Made by a program: the position numbers and the translations under genes
NCBI RefSeq assembly: GCF_009914755.1
Contig: NC_060930.1
Reading direction: 5' to 3' (one strand)
From: the human T2T-CHM13v2.0 reference genome, Homo sapiens
Length of the DNA: 64,000 bases
Shown: one piece after another, positions 40,116 to 54,024 of the stretch
Layout of the letters: every line of letters begins with the position of its first letter
Position numbering within the stretch: the first letter of the stretch is position 1
Notes under the pieces: model-generated
The model's database searches: none
Told to the model about the DNA's origin: nothing
What the model saw: the letters and a program-made list of their open reading frames with translations, nothing else

Positions 40116-40505
40116 TGATATGGTTTGGACTTGTGTCCCCATCCAAATCTCATGTCGAATTGTAATTCCCCAATGTTGCAGGAGGGGCCCGGTGGGAGGT
40201 GATTGGATCAGGGAGGTGGATTTCTCCCTTGCTGTTCTCATGATAGTGAGTGAGTTCTTACAAAATCTGGTTGTTTAAAAGTGTGTGGCACCTCCCTCTT
40301 TGCTCTCTTCCTCCTGCTTCAGACATGTAGGATGTGCCTGCTTCCCTTTTGTCTTCCATCATGATTGTAAGGTTCCTGAGGCCTCCCCAGCCATACTTCC
40401 TGTACAGCCTACAGAACTGTGAGTCAGTTAAACCCCTTTTTTTTCCTTGATAAATTAACCAGTCTCAGGTAGTTCTTTACAGCAATGAGAGAACGAACTA
40501 TTACA
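40116..40505 (+). mobile_element. MSTA-like solo LTR
   Basis: tgatatggtttggacttgtgtcccc...gagaacgaactattaca. Confidence 0.9.
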
Positions 40506-40529
40506 AAAATCATCTTTCTAACAATTAGA

Positions 40530-40760
40530 GTAGCATAGTTATTTAAGGCTTGGTCTTTGAGTCAGACAACCTAGAATAGATTCTTGGTTACTTTACTTAC
40601 TAGCTAGGTGACAATGGGCAATTACTTGAACTCTCTTGGCCTCAGTTTTCTCATATGTAAAATAGAGATTATGATACCTTCCTTGCAGGGTGTTATAAAG
40701 ATCAGAGTACTCAACAGAGTACCTGGCATGAAATAATCTAATAGTAGCAGTAGCAGCAGC
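40530..40760 (+). mobile_element. MIR
   Basis: ggtgacaatgggcaattacttgaactctcttggcctcagttttctcatatgtaaaat. Confidence 0.85.
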
Positions 40761-41518
40761 TGCTGCAATACTAGCACTATCATCCCAGTTATGAGACATT
40801 CTCCCTGTAATTATTCTACCTTCTCCTTGATATTATTGTTCTAATTCACCAGAGCTATAAGACCTTTATGGGTTTCAGTTTTGTTTGGATGACCTTCAAT
40901 CCCAGCCTCTGCTTTAATTTCCAGATTGCAGAAAGTATGGCAAAGATAAAGGAGTACAAATTAAATACAGATGATGGAACAGCATAAATATAATAATAAT
41001 GCCCAGTGTTAAACAGCAAAGATTTTCCAGCATTTTTCTCACTTGTTCTTGCAAAATATTATGATGTATGTAGTTTAGGTATTTACTGGACATTTATCCA
41101 ATAAACTTTTTTGAGCAAGTTAACTTTCTGGGCACCTGTTGTTGTAGGGGAGAGCAATTGTTTTCCCAATTAACACAGGATTTTTAAAAGACACATTTAA
41201 ATCAAATATATTTCTGACAATACAGGGGCCCATGTTCTAAATGATAGAGATACTCAGTTTTAAGAGCTGGCAGGTGTGCCTTGGAAACCGGAGAGTTGAA
41301 AAGCACTGCCCTAAGCTAAGAGTTTCTTTTCAACAATCTCTTTCTTTTAAAAATGGGGCAGTCCAACACAGAATTTCGATATATAAAATAGACAAAGGAG
41401 GGGCTGCTCTGGTTGAAAAGGGGGTTTGGGGACCTGGAATCTGCCCACTGGGTATCCCCTTTCCCTTCAGCAGCTGCCAGTGGGAAGGCTGCAGAACCAC
41501 ATCTTTATCCCTCTAGAG

Positions 41519-41830
41519 CAGTGATCCCCAAGCCCCGGCCATGGACCAGAACCGGGCCTCACAGCAGGAGGTGAGTGGCACACGGGTGGGCATTACTCCC
41601 TGAGCTCTGCCTCCTCTCAGATCAGCGGCGGCATTAGATTCTCATAGGAGTGCAAACCCTATTGTGAACTCTGCATCCAAGGGATCTAGGCTGTGCTCTC
41701 CTTATGAGAATCTAACTAATAATGGCTTATGATCATAGGTGGAACAGTTTCATCCCCAAACCACCCCCCATATGGAAAAATTGTCTTCCATGAAACTGGC
41801 CCCTAGGGACAAAAAAGTTGGGGACCACTG
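41519..41830 (+). mobile_element. MER1B hAT-Charlie MITE
   Basis: TIRs cagtgatcccca / tggggaccactg; perfect 8-bp TSD ctctagag (41511-41518, 41831-41838); gcattagattctcataggag core. Confidence 0.93.
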
Positions 41831-41962
41831 CTCTAGAGTTCTGAGGAGCAGCATTTGAAAACCATTGATCTGACTTATTCCAAGGACGAGTTCTCCAGTT
41901 TCCATCAAAAAGCTACTAGATTTAAGTGTCTTCTTTATGTGCCAGACGAATGTCTACAATAG

Positions 41963-42256
41963 TTTTCTTTTTTTTTTGAGACGGAGTCTCATCCTGTGGC
42001 CAGGCTGGAGTGCAGTGGCACGATCTCGGTTCACCGCAATCTTTGTCTACCGGGTTCAAGCGATTCTCTTGCCTCAGCCTCCTGAGTAGCTGGGACTATA
42101 GGCATGCGCCACCACACCTGGCTAATTTTTGTATTTTTAGTAGAGATGGGGCTTCACCATGTTGGCCAGGACGGTCTTGATCTCCTGACCTCGTGATCCG
42201 CCTGCCTTGGCCTCTCAAAGTGCTGGGATTACAGGTGTGAGCCACTGTACCCGGCC
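41963..42256 (-). mobile_element. Alu, AluS-type
   Basis: TSD ctacaatag (41954-41962, 42257-42265). Confidence 0.95.
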
Positions 42257-42550
42257 CTACAATAGCTTTAATCTTCCTAATTACCACTCCTGGAAGACAT
42301 TACTATTCTGTTTAGTATAATGTAAAGAAATCATAGTTCAAAGAGGTGGGTATCTTACCCAAAGTTCCACAGCTCATAAACAGAGGATTGGGCTTTTCAC
42401 TCACATATGTCTGACTCCAAATTCTTTGTCTTTCTATTGCCTCAAAATGAATGAGAAAATCTCTAAGCTCCTTTCTGGCAATACAGTTCTACAATTTCAA
42501 AGTACTTTTTAAAGAGAGGACTATAAAGCATTGATCAAAACATACACACT

Positions 42551-42859
42551 TCCAGACGCAGCAGCTCATGCCTGTAATCCCAGCACTTTGGGAGGCTGAG
42601 GTGGGAGGATCACCTGAGGTCAGGAGTACAAGACCAGCCTGGCCAACATGGTGAAACCCCATCTCTACTAAAAATACAAAAGCTAGCGGGCGTAGTGGCA
42701 GGTGCTGGTAATCCCAGCTACTCATGGGGCTGAGGCAGGGAGAATTGCTTGAACCTGGCAGACAGAGAGTTACAGTGAGCCGAGATCATACTATTGCACT
42801 CCAGCCTGGGTGACAGAGTGAGACTCCATCTCAAAAACAAAACAAAACAAAACAAAAAC
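42551..42859 (+). mobile_element. Alu, AluSx-like, (CAAAA)n tail
   Basis: TSD catacacact (42541-42550, 42860-42869). Confidence 0.94.
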
Positions 42860-43879
42860 CATACACACTGAGCCAAAACTGAGATAGAGAAGGGAATCTA
42901 CTAACAAAAAAAAAAAAAAAGAGAGATTGAGAAAGAAAATTTGAGTGCAGCCAGGGATGGATTTTGACTAGTCCATTTTCTAAAATCATTGGCTCTTTCT
43001 AAATTTATTGTAGAGAGAAATATTTTTTTAGATGCTTCCCTCCCAGGTAGTTTTGCTTGGTTCCATCATTCTCAATAGAAACCCTGGTTACTTACTCTGC
43101 TGTTCCTGGCCATTGGGGTCCTGTTTAGTTTGTGATGATCTCCTTCTAGACCTGTTCTGTCAGTGATTCTGTTGCTGAATTTCCTGGTCTCTCACTACGT
43201 GCATCGTACTGCACTAAGTGCCAGAGGCAGAATCCCCGCCCTTAAGGCAGGTATACACAGGTTAGAACAAGAGAGACATATTTGGGAAGATAACAAGGAA
43301 GTCATACTGCACATGTCAGTGAGAATCACAGAAAAGAGTATTCTCGAATGCAGATGTGGGAGTGGTCACTGTGCTCTTGTCCAGTTAGGAAAGGCTTTGG
43401 GGAGGAAGAAGAGCTTGAACTGAGGCTCCAGGATAGATGGAACTTCAAGTAAGAGAGGAGAGGTGAGGTTAATTCCAGATAGAGAAACAGGCAATGGGTA
43501 GAATGATTTGGCTGGAGAAGAGGGCTTACGTCTGCCAGCACCGTTATCTATTAGCAATACCGAAGACTCTTTCTGTCCACCCCACTTCACCACAGGAAAA
43601 TAGGCCCAGTAAAAGCAACTTATTCCATATGAGCTAATCCTGAGTCTGAAAAAATAAAAATAGTGTCTCATCAAAAGGGAGAAGATATCACTTCTACATA
43701 TGTCTTCCCTTGTGTCAGCACCTTGGGGCAGGAATTCTGTAGATCTAAATCCTTATGAAATAAAACTCTGGGTCAGGATTGTATTAGTTTTCTGGGGTGG
43801 TCATAGCAAAGTACCACAAACTGGGTGGCTTAAAACAACAGACATTTATTCTCTCACAGTCTGGAGTCTAGATGTCTGA

Positions 43880-44368
<489 letters not shown>

Positions 44369-44529
44369 AGTCTCTCTCCACTTCTTACAATAACACCAGT
44401 CCCATTGGATTAGGAGTCTACCCTGCTCCAGGATGGACCCAGCTAGTTACGTCTGCAATGACCCTGCTTCCAAATGAGGTCACGTTCTGAGGTACAGAGC
44501 ATTAGGACTTCAACGCATCTTTTGTAGGG

Positions 44530-44937
44530 TGATATAGTTTGAGTATTTGTCACCTCCAAATCTCATGTTAACATGTGATCTGCATTGTTGAAGGTCAGCC
44601 CAGTGGGAGGCATTTGGGTGATGAAGGTAGATCCCTCATGAATGATTTGGTGCCGTTCTTGCAGCAATGCGTGAGTTCTCACTCTGTTAGTTCATGTGAG
44701 AGTGGGATGTTTAAAGGAGCACAGCTCCTCTCTCTCGCTCCCTCTTTCATCATGTGACATGCCTGCTTCTCCTTTACCTTGTGCCACAAGTGTAAGCTTC
44801 CTGAGGCCTCACCAGAAGCAAATGAGGCACCATGCTTCCTGTACAGTCTGCAGAACCGTTAGCCAAATAATACCTTTTCTTTATAAGTTACCCAGCCTCA
44901 GGTGTTTCTTTATAGCAACTCAAAATGGACTAATACA
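44530..44937 (+). mobile_element. MSTB-like solo LTR
   Basis: tgatatagtttgagtatttgtc...ctcaaaatggactaataca. Confidence 0.88.
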
Positions 44938-45988
44938 GGGGGATGCTAGTCAACCCATCACAGGAATAAATAGGATGATTACAGGACCTGAGGAGGAGGG
45001 TTTTGGCTGGGGAGGAGAGGGCAGTGAGATTTTGAAGACCAGTTAGCATCTACCTTAGAGACTGGTCTTCTGGATGCCCCCTCTTGCCCCTATGAACTTC
45101 TGTTTGACCTCTTGAAGAGTGTTTTTCAAGTGAAACTATAAATGATTTCCTCACAAATTTCTGTGAAACTTTGGGGTCATGAGTCAATGAATGAAGCATA
45201 AAAGCTGGGAGAAAGAGAGGAAGGGAGAAGGGAGAGAAGAGGAGAGAAGCAACTTTCAAGAAGCTAGGAGCGCTTGTTTGGAGGATACTCAAGAGTGTCA
45301 CTAGTAGGACTCTGTGGCCACAGAGCAAGATGGAGACTTTAGGCAGACTCCAATCCCATATCACTTGAAGCCTCATAAGATCTGGCCCAGGAAATTGGGA
45401 AGAAGCTGGAAAGAGTACACAATTCAATTCATAAGAAGGAGAATATTTGAAAAAATTTCACTTTCACTTGGAGTAAGAGTAACAGACTTCTGCCACAATA
45501 CTAGATGACATTTTCTGAAGCTGGGTCAACTTGAATCCAAAGGGAAAGAAGCAAAATCAGTCCTGACAGAACGATGCCTTATTATCAGGGTGTTCATCAA
45601 AAGAGCTTAGTAAGAAAATTATCCTGAACATCTGCAGATATGCGTCCTGGTCAAAAATTTCTAGTGGATAAAAAACATGAACTCACTTAAGGCATACAAT
45701 AATAGTTTTTAGAAATATTAGAGGGTCTTTGTGGGAAGGTCCCATAATTGCTATGCAGAAATGAGCCTGTGAAAGACAACCTGTATGTCTCAGCCCCTGG
45801 GCACTGAGCTCCTCAAGCATCTCTGCTTTGCCTGCCATGGTATTTGGAGCATGATAGGTCCTTATTGCTTGTCAAATACATGAACTCTAACTTCAATAAA
45901 AATAAAGCAGAGTGTATGCAGAAAGGCAACAAAATAAGAAAAATTAGTTTACTAATTTTTTACTCAGCAGAAAATGCTATGCCTGGTG

Positions 45989-46714
45989 CTTCATCCACAA
46001 ACATAGATAGTTATTGGATTATCTATGTGGATGAAGATAGATATTGGATAGATATTGGATTATCTATGTGGATATTGGATAATCCAGTATCTATGTGGAT
46101 ATTGGATAATCCAGTATCTATGTGGATATTGGATAATCCAGTATCTATGTGGATATTGGATAATCCAGTATCTATGTGGATATTGGATAATCCAGTATCT
46201 ATGTGGATATTGGATAATCCAGTATATATGTGGATATTGGATAATCCAGTATCTATGTGGATATTGGATAATCCAGTATCTATGTGGATATTGGATAATC
46301 CAGTATCTATGTGGATATTGGATAATCCAGTATCTATGTGGATATTGGATAATCCAGTATCTATGTGGATATTGGATAATCCAGTATCTATGTGGATATT
46401 GGATTATCCAGTATCTATGTGGATATTGGATTATCCAGTATCTATGTGGATATTGGATTATCCAGTATCTATGTGGATATTGGATAATCCAGTATCTATG
46501 TGGATATTGGATCCAATACGTGGATCCAATACGTGGATCCAATATGTGGATCCAATACGTGGATCCAATATGTGGATATTGGATCCAATACGTGGATCCA
46601 ATATGTGGATATTGGATCCACATAGATATTGGATCCAGTATGTGGATATTGGATCCACATAGATATTGGATATCCAATATCTATGTGGATATTGGATTAT
46701 CTATGTGGATGAAG
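45989..46714. repeat. Minisatellite/VNTR: 16 units of 27 bp (tctatgtggatattggataatccagta) at 46063-46494, a GGATCC-containing 13-20 bp sub-array, and inverted-repeat ends
   Basis: Units counted directly (16 x 27 = 432 bp); near-identical; unit is quasi-palindromic. Confidence 0.97.
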
Positions 46715-46769
46715 ACTGGTGCTATTGACCTTACATTAATAATAATTATTGACCTTACATTAAGAATGT

Positions 46770-48110
46770 CATAAGAATGAATAGGAAGACAAATAGAACA
46801 AAATTAAAAGTCCACAAAGTGACACAAGAACACCTTTGCACAATAAAGATGATATCTCAAATAACTGGGGAAAGTTAGACTTCTTAACAAAATGTATTGG
46901 GACAACTAAAAAGTCATTTGGAAAAATATAAAATTGTATCCAAACTTCACATAATACCAAGAAAAACCCCAAATGGATTAGCAGTCTTGATGTACAATTG
47001 AACTTGTTCATTTTTCCAAGAAAACTTGGGTGAATTTCCAACCTAGCAGTTGGAAAGCCTTTCTGTGACTCAGTATTCAGAAGAAATAAATAAATAAATC
47101 AATATACCTGTCCAAGTATAAATAAAACCTTTTTTGTGACAAAATAGACCACAAGCAGAGTCAAAAGAGAAATGAAAGACTGGGAGAAATTTTTGAACTT
47201 ATATCAGTAAGGACTAAGCTCCCTAATGGTTGAAGCACTCTAAAAAAATCAAGAAGAACAACAAAACTAATTAAAAAATACGGGCAAAATGCATGAATAG
47301 AGAATTCACAGGATAAAAAAGGAAATGGCTTTTAAACATGAAAAAAATAATCAACCAGGCTTACAAGAGAGATTCAGACTAAAATATACTGAGATATTAT
47401 TCACCTACAGATTGGTGAATACTCCAAGAGTTGAACAATGCGTTCTGCTGGCTGGACTTGGAGCCTCTGGCACTTCACGCATTGCAGGTGGGAGAGTAAA
47501 ATGCTGCAACCTCTGTGGAGGGGAATTTAGCAACAATTACCAGAATTACATACATATTTATCCTTTGATGCAGCTTCTAGGAAGCCCCCTAAAATACATC
47601 TCTGCCAGTACAAAACAAGTTTGCTCGACTCCATTAATTGCAGAATTATTTGAAATAGCAAAGGATTGGAAATACAAATGCCTATCAGTGAGGCATAAGC
47701 AAATACTAAGGCACTAGTACACAATGGAGTCCTCAGCCACATGAAAAGAATGAGGAAGAGTTGGGTAAACAGAGTGTTCTCCAGGATACACCGCTAAGTG
47801 GAAAAAGGTGGGAAACAGTGATACGGTGTGCTGTATTTGCATATGAAAGCAGAGAAAATAAGCATGTAAATATGCACACATAAATATATTACTTATGCAT
47901 GCATATATGAATATGTTTCTATGTATATGTTGTGGTTCTTTTGTAGAAAGAAACACTGGAAGAATAAACCAGAAACTGTAGTCACCTATAACAGATGTGG
48001 GAGATGTGGGGCTGAGGTAATAGGAACAAAAGTGAGACATCTCTGAGAAAACTTTTTTATATAGTTTTGATTTTGAACCACAAAAATGTACTATACCTTA
48101 AAAAAATAAT
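46770..48110 (+). mobile_element. Old L1M ORF2-end/3'UTR remnant
   Basis: aaatgtattgggacaact...caaaagagaaatgaaagactgggagaaa...cattgcaggtgggagagtaaaatg...gaaatagcaaaggattggaa. Confidence 0.8.
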
Positions 48111-48329
48111 GAAGCATAAAAGAAGAAGAAAATGACCATGCTAACTAGATCTTTAGACAACCATCAGAAATCAGGGAGATTTCTGAGTCAAACTTTTCTC
48201 CAAAAACTTATTACCACCACCCAACCCCTGTGGCACCCAGCAAACTCTGGAAAGATTGATAAAAATGGAGAATGAGAGCTAAGCCTGGGTGCCCAACGAC
48301 AGGCTCACAGCCAGCTCTGGGGATCGCCT

Positions 48330-48560
48330 GAGAAGCAGGATGGTAAAGATTGCAGGCTCCAGAGACAGGCAGACTTGGGTTAAACTGGCCACTCACCTCC
48401 CTGAGAGGTGAGCTTAAGAAAGCAACTAGACCTCTCTGGGCCTGTTTCCTTCTCTGTAAAGGAGCACAGTAACACCTTCCATGCTAGGTACTATAAAGCT
48501 GAAATGAAATAGTACATAGTCTAGTACCTGGCCTGTGGAAAATTAGTCTCATCCAACCTT
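48330..48560 (+). mobile_element. MIR fragment
   Basis: gacctctctgggcctgtttccttctctgtaaa core. Confidence 0.6.
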
Positions 48561-49682
48561 GTTGTAGAAGGACCTACCAATTCCAGGAACAAGAGGTGAC
48601 CATGTCAGGTGACCTAGACTTCGGGAAGGAGAGGGGCTCAGGCAGGAAGCACACTTTTCTTTGTGGCGTATCTAGCTCTTTAGGTTCTCCTAGACTTGAG
48701 GGCAGTAGAAACAGAGAGGTCCCAGAGAGGGCATGGACGGGCATTTCCAAGGGGTGTGCTGTGCAGTGGGCCCCACAAACATTTGCCTAGGACCCAGAAT
48801 TTAAACCACTGTCTGCTTCCTTTTCCTTTTCCTTTTCAGTATGGTTTCCCTTCTTCTCCAGAATTCTCTAGAAACTGCGGTGAAGGAATTTAAATTACTT
48901 TGTTTTCTTTTTATTTTTGTCAAAGAAAAATGATTCCATGAAGAAATGAGCTTTGAAAAATGCCTGCAGGAGATTGTTAAATATTTGAGCTCAGTGTGGC
49001 TGTTATTGGGGACCAGAACTGGAATTATTTTTTTCATTAATGTAATTTTGTCTCCGGAAGAAGCAGAGACACAGAGGCACCTCTGGGTTCCTGAGACTGT
49101 CAAAGATGTCTGCAATTGAAGTACAACAAGGAATGGGCGGGGACACGGCAGGAAGCAAGAGGTAGCCCTTGGGTCTGGGTTCCAAACTCACTTCCAATAG
49201 ATACTGATCTGGGTGTGTGACACTTTATTTCTAAGTCTGACTGATTAAGGTGAAAAAATAACAAAACTATAATGTTTAGGTAAACCAGTCTTAAAATCAT
49301 ATTCATTCATTCATTCATTCTATTTGTTATATAAACATATATTGAGTACCTGTTACACCAGCATGCATTCTAGCTGGGGAAGGTAGAGCCCACGAGACCT
49401 GATTAAGATAGCTGCTGTGGTTGAGAGGAGAACTAAAACAAAAATCAGGATGGGTTCTTGGGTTTGGAAGGAATCTTAGAGGTCATCTCACATTACCCTT
49501 CATGTTGCAGATCAAGAAACTGGGACCCAGGGCAGTCCCACCCAAAACCATCCAGTTAATTAAGGGCAGAATCTCCTAACTCCAAGTCCAGCACAATCTT
49601 CATCACAAGCTGCTGGTTCAGAGAACAACTAGCAAGTGCATGAAAGAGAGAAAAAAGCCTAGAAAATATTTAGTTGGTAAAA

Positions 49683-49711
49683 TATTTATTTATTTATTTA
49701 TTTATTTATTT
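49683..49711. repeat. (ATTT)n microsatellite
   Basis: Read directly. Confidence 0.9.
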
Positions 49712-50309
49712 GGTGAGTTGATGACTTAATTTTCCTCCTCAAAATTCTGGAAGAGAATTCCTGGAGGGCGGGTGCTGGGCAGGTAGGGAAAATGTATTTA
49801 ATTAATCGTTTCATAATTCACTCACAATTATGGGCTTCTTGGGATAACATCCATTAAGATCCTGAAGGAAGGCTTCGCTGTGCTGATGGAGGATGAGTCA
49901 CCTTACTATCTTACATACTGGTTTGCTCTTCAAAATATGTGCCTTTGAATAAAAGGGCCTCGCTATCGCGGCTGAACTTGGATTCACTTTGTCTCTATGG
50001 CAACCACAGCAAATCCCCACAAGTCACAGGAAAAGGGCACTTGACATCTTGAAGCACAACAGACAGACCCTTTATATCACAGCCATTCCTCTCACTGCTA
50101 GAAGGTAGAATAAAGGGAGAAGCCACCATCAAACACGCATTCCAGAGCTGCAGAATCAAAACCTTTCTGCACCCAGCCTGATTGTTTAAGCTGTTGCTGA
50201 GTTCAAGAGTCATTCATGAATATCGCTACTTAACAAGTGACAACTTCAACTTGCTCTCTGATAGTCTCCTCAACTACCCTGACCCCAAACACTTGCAGAG
50301 TTGGACCTA

Positions 50310-50790
50310 GTTATAATTTACATATATGAGAAATTGATTTGGCTGCATAAGACAGACGAGCTAAATGAACAGTGGCTGAAACCTACAAGGTTGTATTCCT
50401 TCACACAGAAAGTCGAGAGGAAGGCAGCCCAGTGCACCTATGGCTTTCAACAAAGCCTTTAAAAAAACAAGAATCCTTCCAGGAAACTACTCCACTCTCT
50501 TCCTCATGGTCCCAAAGCCATCACAGCCTCATTTCAGGTAGAGAGAAGGGAGGGATGATGAAGAAGGAGCAATGTGTGTATGCTCTCTTTTAAAGAGGTT
50601 TTACTGAAGTTGCCATACAGCTCATTGACGAGTACTTAAATTACTTTGTTATACATGGTTTCGGAAGAGGTAGAGAAATACAGTTTTTATTCCTGATAGT
50701 CTTGTGGTTCTTTAAAAAGCAGGGGTTCTATTGTAAGGATGGAAGGATGGAAGGGGTCATAGATACATAGATACTTAGCCCACAGTCCTA
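50310..50790 (-). mobile_element. Old MLT1 (J/K/L-like) LTR
   Basis: tttggctgcataagacaga...aacagtggctgaaac...ttccttcacac; boundaries approximate. Confidence 0.5.
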
Positions 50791-51921
50791 GTACCCTTGA
50801 AGACCTGAACTAACCCCTTGATGCCTCTTGGTTCAAACTATAGCTCAATTTTGGCTCCCAGCTCTAGTCCATAAGCCCATTGGTTGAAATGGTCTTGTTG
50901 TAATTATGGGCCAATGATCCTAAGGTTGCAATATTTGTGGAGGTGTTACCCCTTGGTGTAGAAGAAGTTATATAATGAAGTTATCAGGCAGAGGGATATG
51001 GAGGCCTCTATGGCCTGGCTTGGTGCTGGCTGGACCTTGTGGGGGGACATGTTCCCTGGAGGATGTGGGCTCCTGAGCTCAGCATTTTGAAGAGAAGCAT
51101 GGTCAGGCTGGGGAATAACTGGACATAATATGAAGCAGAGAGATGTCATCTCCACCCTTGTGGACACAATGACTGCTAAAAGTCCAAGCTTGGGTGCAAG
51201 CTATGGGGTGGAGGGAGGCTGAGAAAGCTGGAGCCAGCACCTGGGGGCCTCAGCAGCCACAGAGCCTCAGGTGCATGAGAGGTTGGATTCAGGCATAGCG
51301 TTTTCTGCTGAGTTATTTATGGGAAAACCTCACTTGTCTCTTTCCAGGATTATAGAGGGTCATATTTTCAGGGAGCCTGGACTTATTGCTTCAATGAAGG
51401 AAGGCCATAACAGAACAATTTAGATTCAGAATATCACTTTTTCACTTCTGAGGTTCAAAAGAAACTTTCAAACTCCCAGAAGATATAATGAGTTGTCAGA
51501 AAGGGATTTTGTGTCTGAAGGCCTGGCTCTTGGGTATTAAAAGCAAATATTTCTGCCATAAGTGACAGATTTGGGGAAAATCCTTGATTATAAGGATGTA
51601 AGAGCCAATTTGTCTCAGCCCATAAGTTTTGAGTCTATCTGGGGACAGGAAGAAGAGTCAGGGAAGAGAACAACAGAGAAACACAGTGATGGGGATCTGT
51701 ATTCTGCTGCCTCAGTCTCAGTCTGGAAGGAAAGGTGTCAGGGAAGCCCCAGACTGGTTGGGGATTTTGTGCTCTGAATTTCCCTTGGGGCTCTGAGTGG
51801 AACTAAGAACACCTAATGTCTCCTGCTCCACTGTGACATAGGCAAAGAAAGAAGAGATGACAGCATGGGAGATGGGTTTGAGGTGGTGTTACATGAACCC
51901 TATGCAAACCACCAATTGTGC

Positions 51922-52502
51922 TGATGGAGATCAGAATATGCCACCCGAAAATATGCCATGTTGGCATAAGGATTATTTCGAGTTGAAGGAAAATGGAAAA
52001 TGGCAGATGCAGGAAAAGCTCTCTACCCTTCCCCTTTCTGCCTAAAAGCAGAGCATAAATTTCCCTCTGTCAAGGTGTTGCCACTCTCCTCTCCCATAAA
52101 GAAAGAGAACTCTTATCACAGGGGATGGTGCCAGCTCAAATCTGCATAAACAAACCTTACTGAAATAACCCGGATCTTCCATTTGTTTCCTCTCATATGT
52201 TTGCCTTCCCACAATTTGTCACCCTAGAAGCCCTAGACCTCTCCCTTTGTCTTGTCACTTCTCCACAAATGTACTGCTCTTTGTTAAAATGGTCTATAAG
52301 CTCTGAGGCCTCACAGCTTCTTTGGGTTTTCACTTTCTTTTCTGTGAGAGTGCTATGAACACATAACAAAAATTAAAATACTAATGTCAAATTAAATATG
52401 TATGCTTTTTTTTCTGTTGATCTGTCTTTTGCCAGTTTAATTTGCAGGGCCCCAGTCACTGAACATAAGAGGGTAAAGGAAACAGGTTTCCCCTCCCCTA
52501 TA
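51922..52502 (+). mobile_element. MER34-family ERV1 solo LTR
   Basis: tgatggagatcagaatatgccacccgaaaatatgcc...ggcataaggattattt...cagtttaatttgcagggcccca...cctcccctata. Confidence 0.82.
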
Positions 52503-53669
52503 GGAACAAGGGCAGCAGTTGTTTTCTCAAAGGTCCTAGAGATTGGTAAAAGCAAGAGGTTGAGTGACAGAGTGTGTGAGCACAGTGCAGCGGGGCAAAG
52601 GGACACATCACAGTCAGCAAATGTGGGTAGACTAGCACACGATGGCATTTACACAAGCCCACACTGCCTTGATTTTTCATCAACTTCTCAGAATTTAGAT
52701 GGTACCCTGAGGAGTGGGAGGAACAATTTCTAAATGGACAGAATTTAAAGCTAAAAGGGCCAAGAATACTGAATTAATCAGATCGAGTCATTTCTGCCAT
52801 CAGAAAACATACAGGCTCAAGACAAACACTCAATTCAGGACAAAACAAAGAATGCCCCATATTTGGTACTCCTGAGTTAAGAGCACGAGAAATTTGAATT
52901 TGCTACAGAATTGTATATCATCTAGCTTATTAAAAAACACTGGGCTTTACATCTATCTGAATGAAACAGTAAAAGGAAGATGCTATTATTTCTGACAGGG
53001 TCAAACACTATTCAATCAGGTATTATTCATATTTACAAATAAACAATTGCATAAAAACCTAATGAAACAAGGATCCTCTAAGGAGGAAATAGTTGACTTA
53101 TCAAGGACTGCCCAAGAGGAGAGGTCCTTCACTGCTAGACCTTCACTATCTTCCAGCAAACCCTAAAATCTCAGGGGTTGTTCTCCAAGACAGGTTCTGC
53201 TCTGCTTCTTCTCTGCTCAGCAGCTCCCAGAAGCTCCCACAATTTTATTCTGCCTCGCCCTTCATGACATTCTCTGGGGAAGCTGAGTGTCATTGCTCTA
53301 GGATAATTACGCGCAAAGTACTGGATGGAGAGTCTTAGCAGTGGTGCTCTTGCATGTGTGTTTTATCACCTCCTCCCTTCATTGAATTTCATTCTTTAGC
53401 CATGAAAAAGAAGCTATCTGTGAATGCCTTCAGTGGACATGACCAGATGGTCTCCCCTGGGTCTGTTAGGTTCCTGTCTCTGGTCACTTCATTGGGAATG
53501 ATTCCCTTCTGGCTGTCAAGTTTGGGCTCATTATATCACCTCTCTTAACTTCGACTTTCTCATGCATATAACTTGGATATTCACTTTCCACACAGAAATG
53601 TTTAGGAGTCAATATCAATCTCTTTGCCTGGCACATAGTGGGTGCTCATTAGTGTTTCTTCCCTTTCTT

Positions 53670-54024
<355 letters not shown>

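Noticed and set aside
41511-41838. Palindromic 8-bp TSD ctctagag around MER1B
   Set aside because: Matches the known NTCTAGAN target preference of hAT-Charlie elements; ordinary.
46063-46494. CRISPR-like array of palindromic repeats
   Set aside because: Units are head-to-tail with no unique spacers, there are no cas genes, and the DNA is primate.
45844-46774. Longest ORFs (272, 239 and 205 aa) with 9-residue repeats such as SMWILDNPV
   Set aside because: They arise because the 27-bp unit is a multiple of 3 and stop-free in several frames on both strands. No promoter, splice context or protein-like composition.
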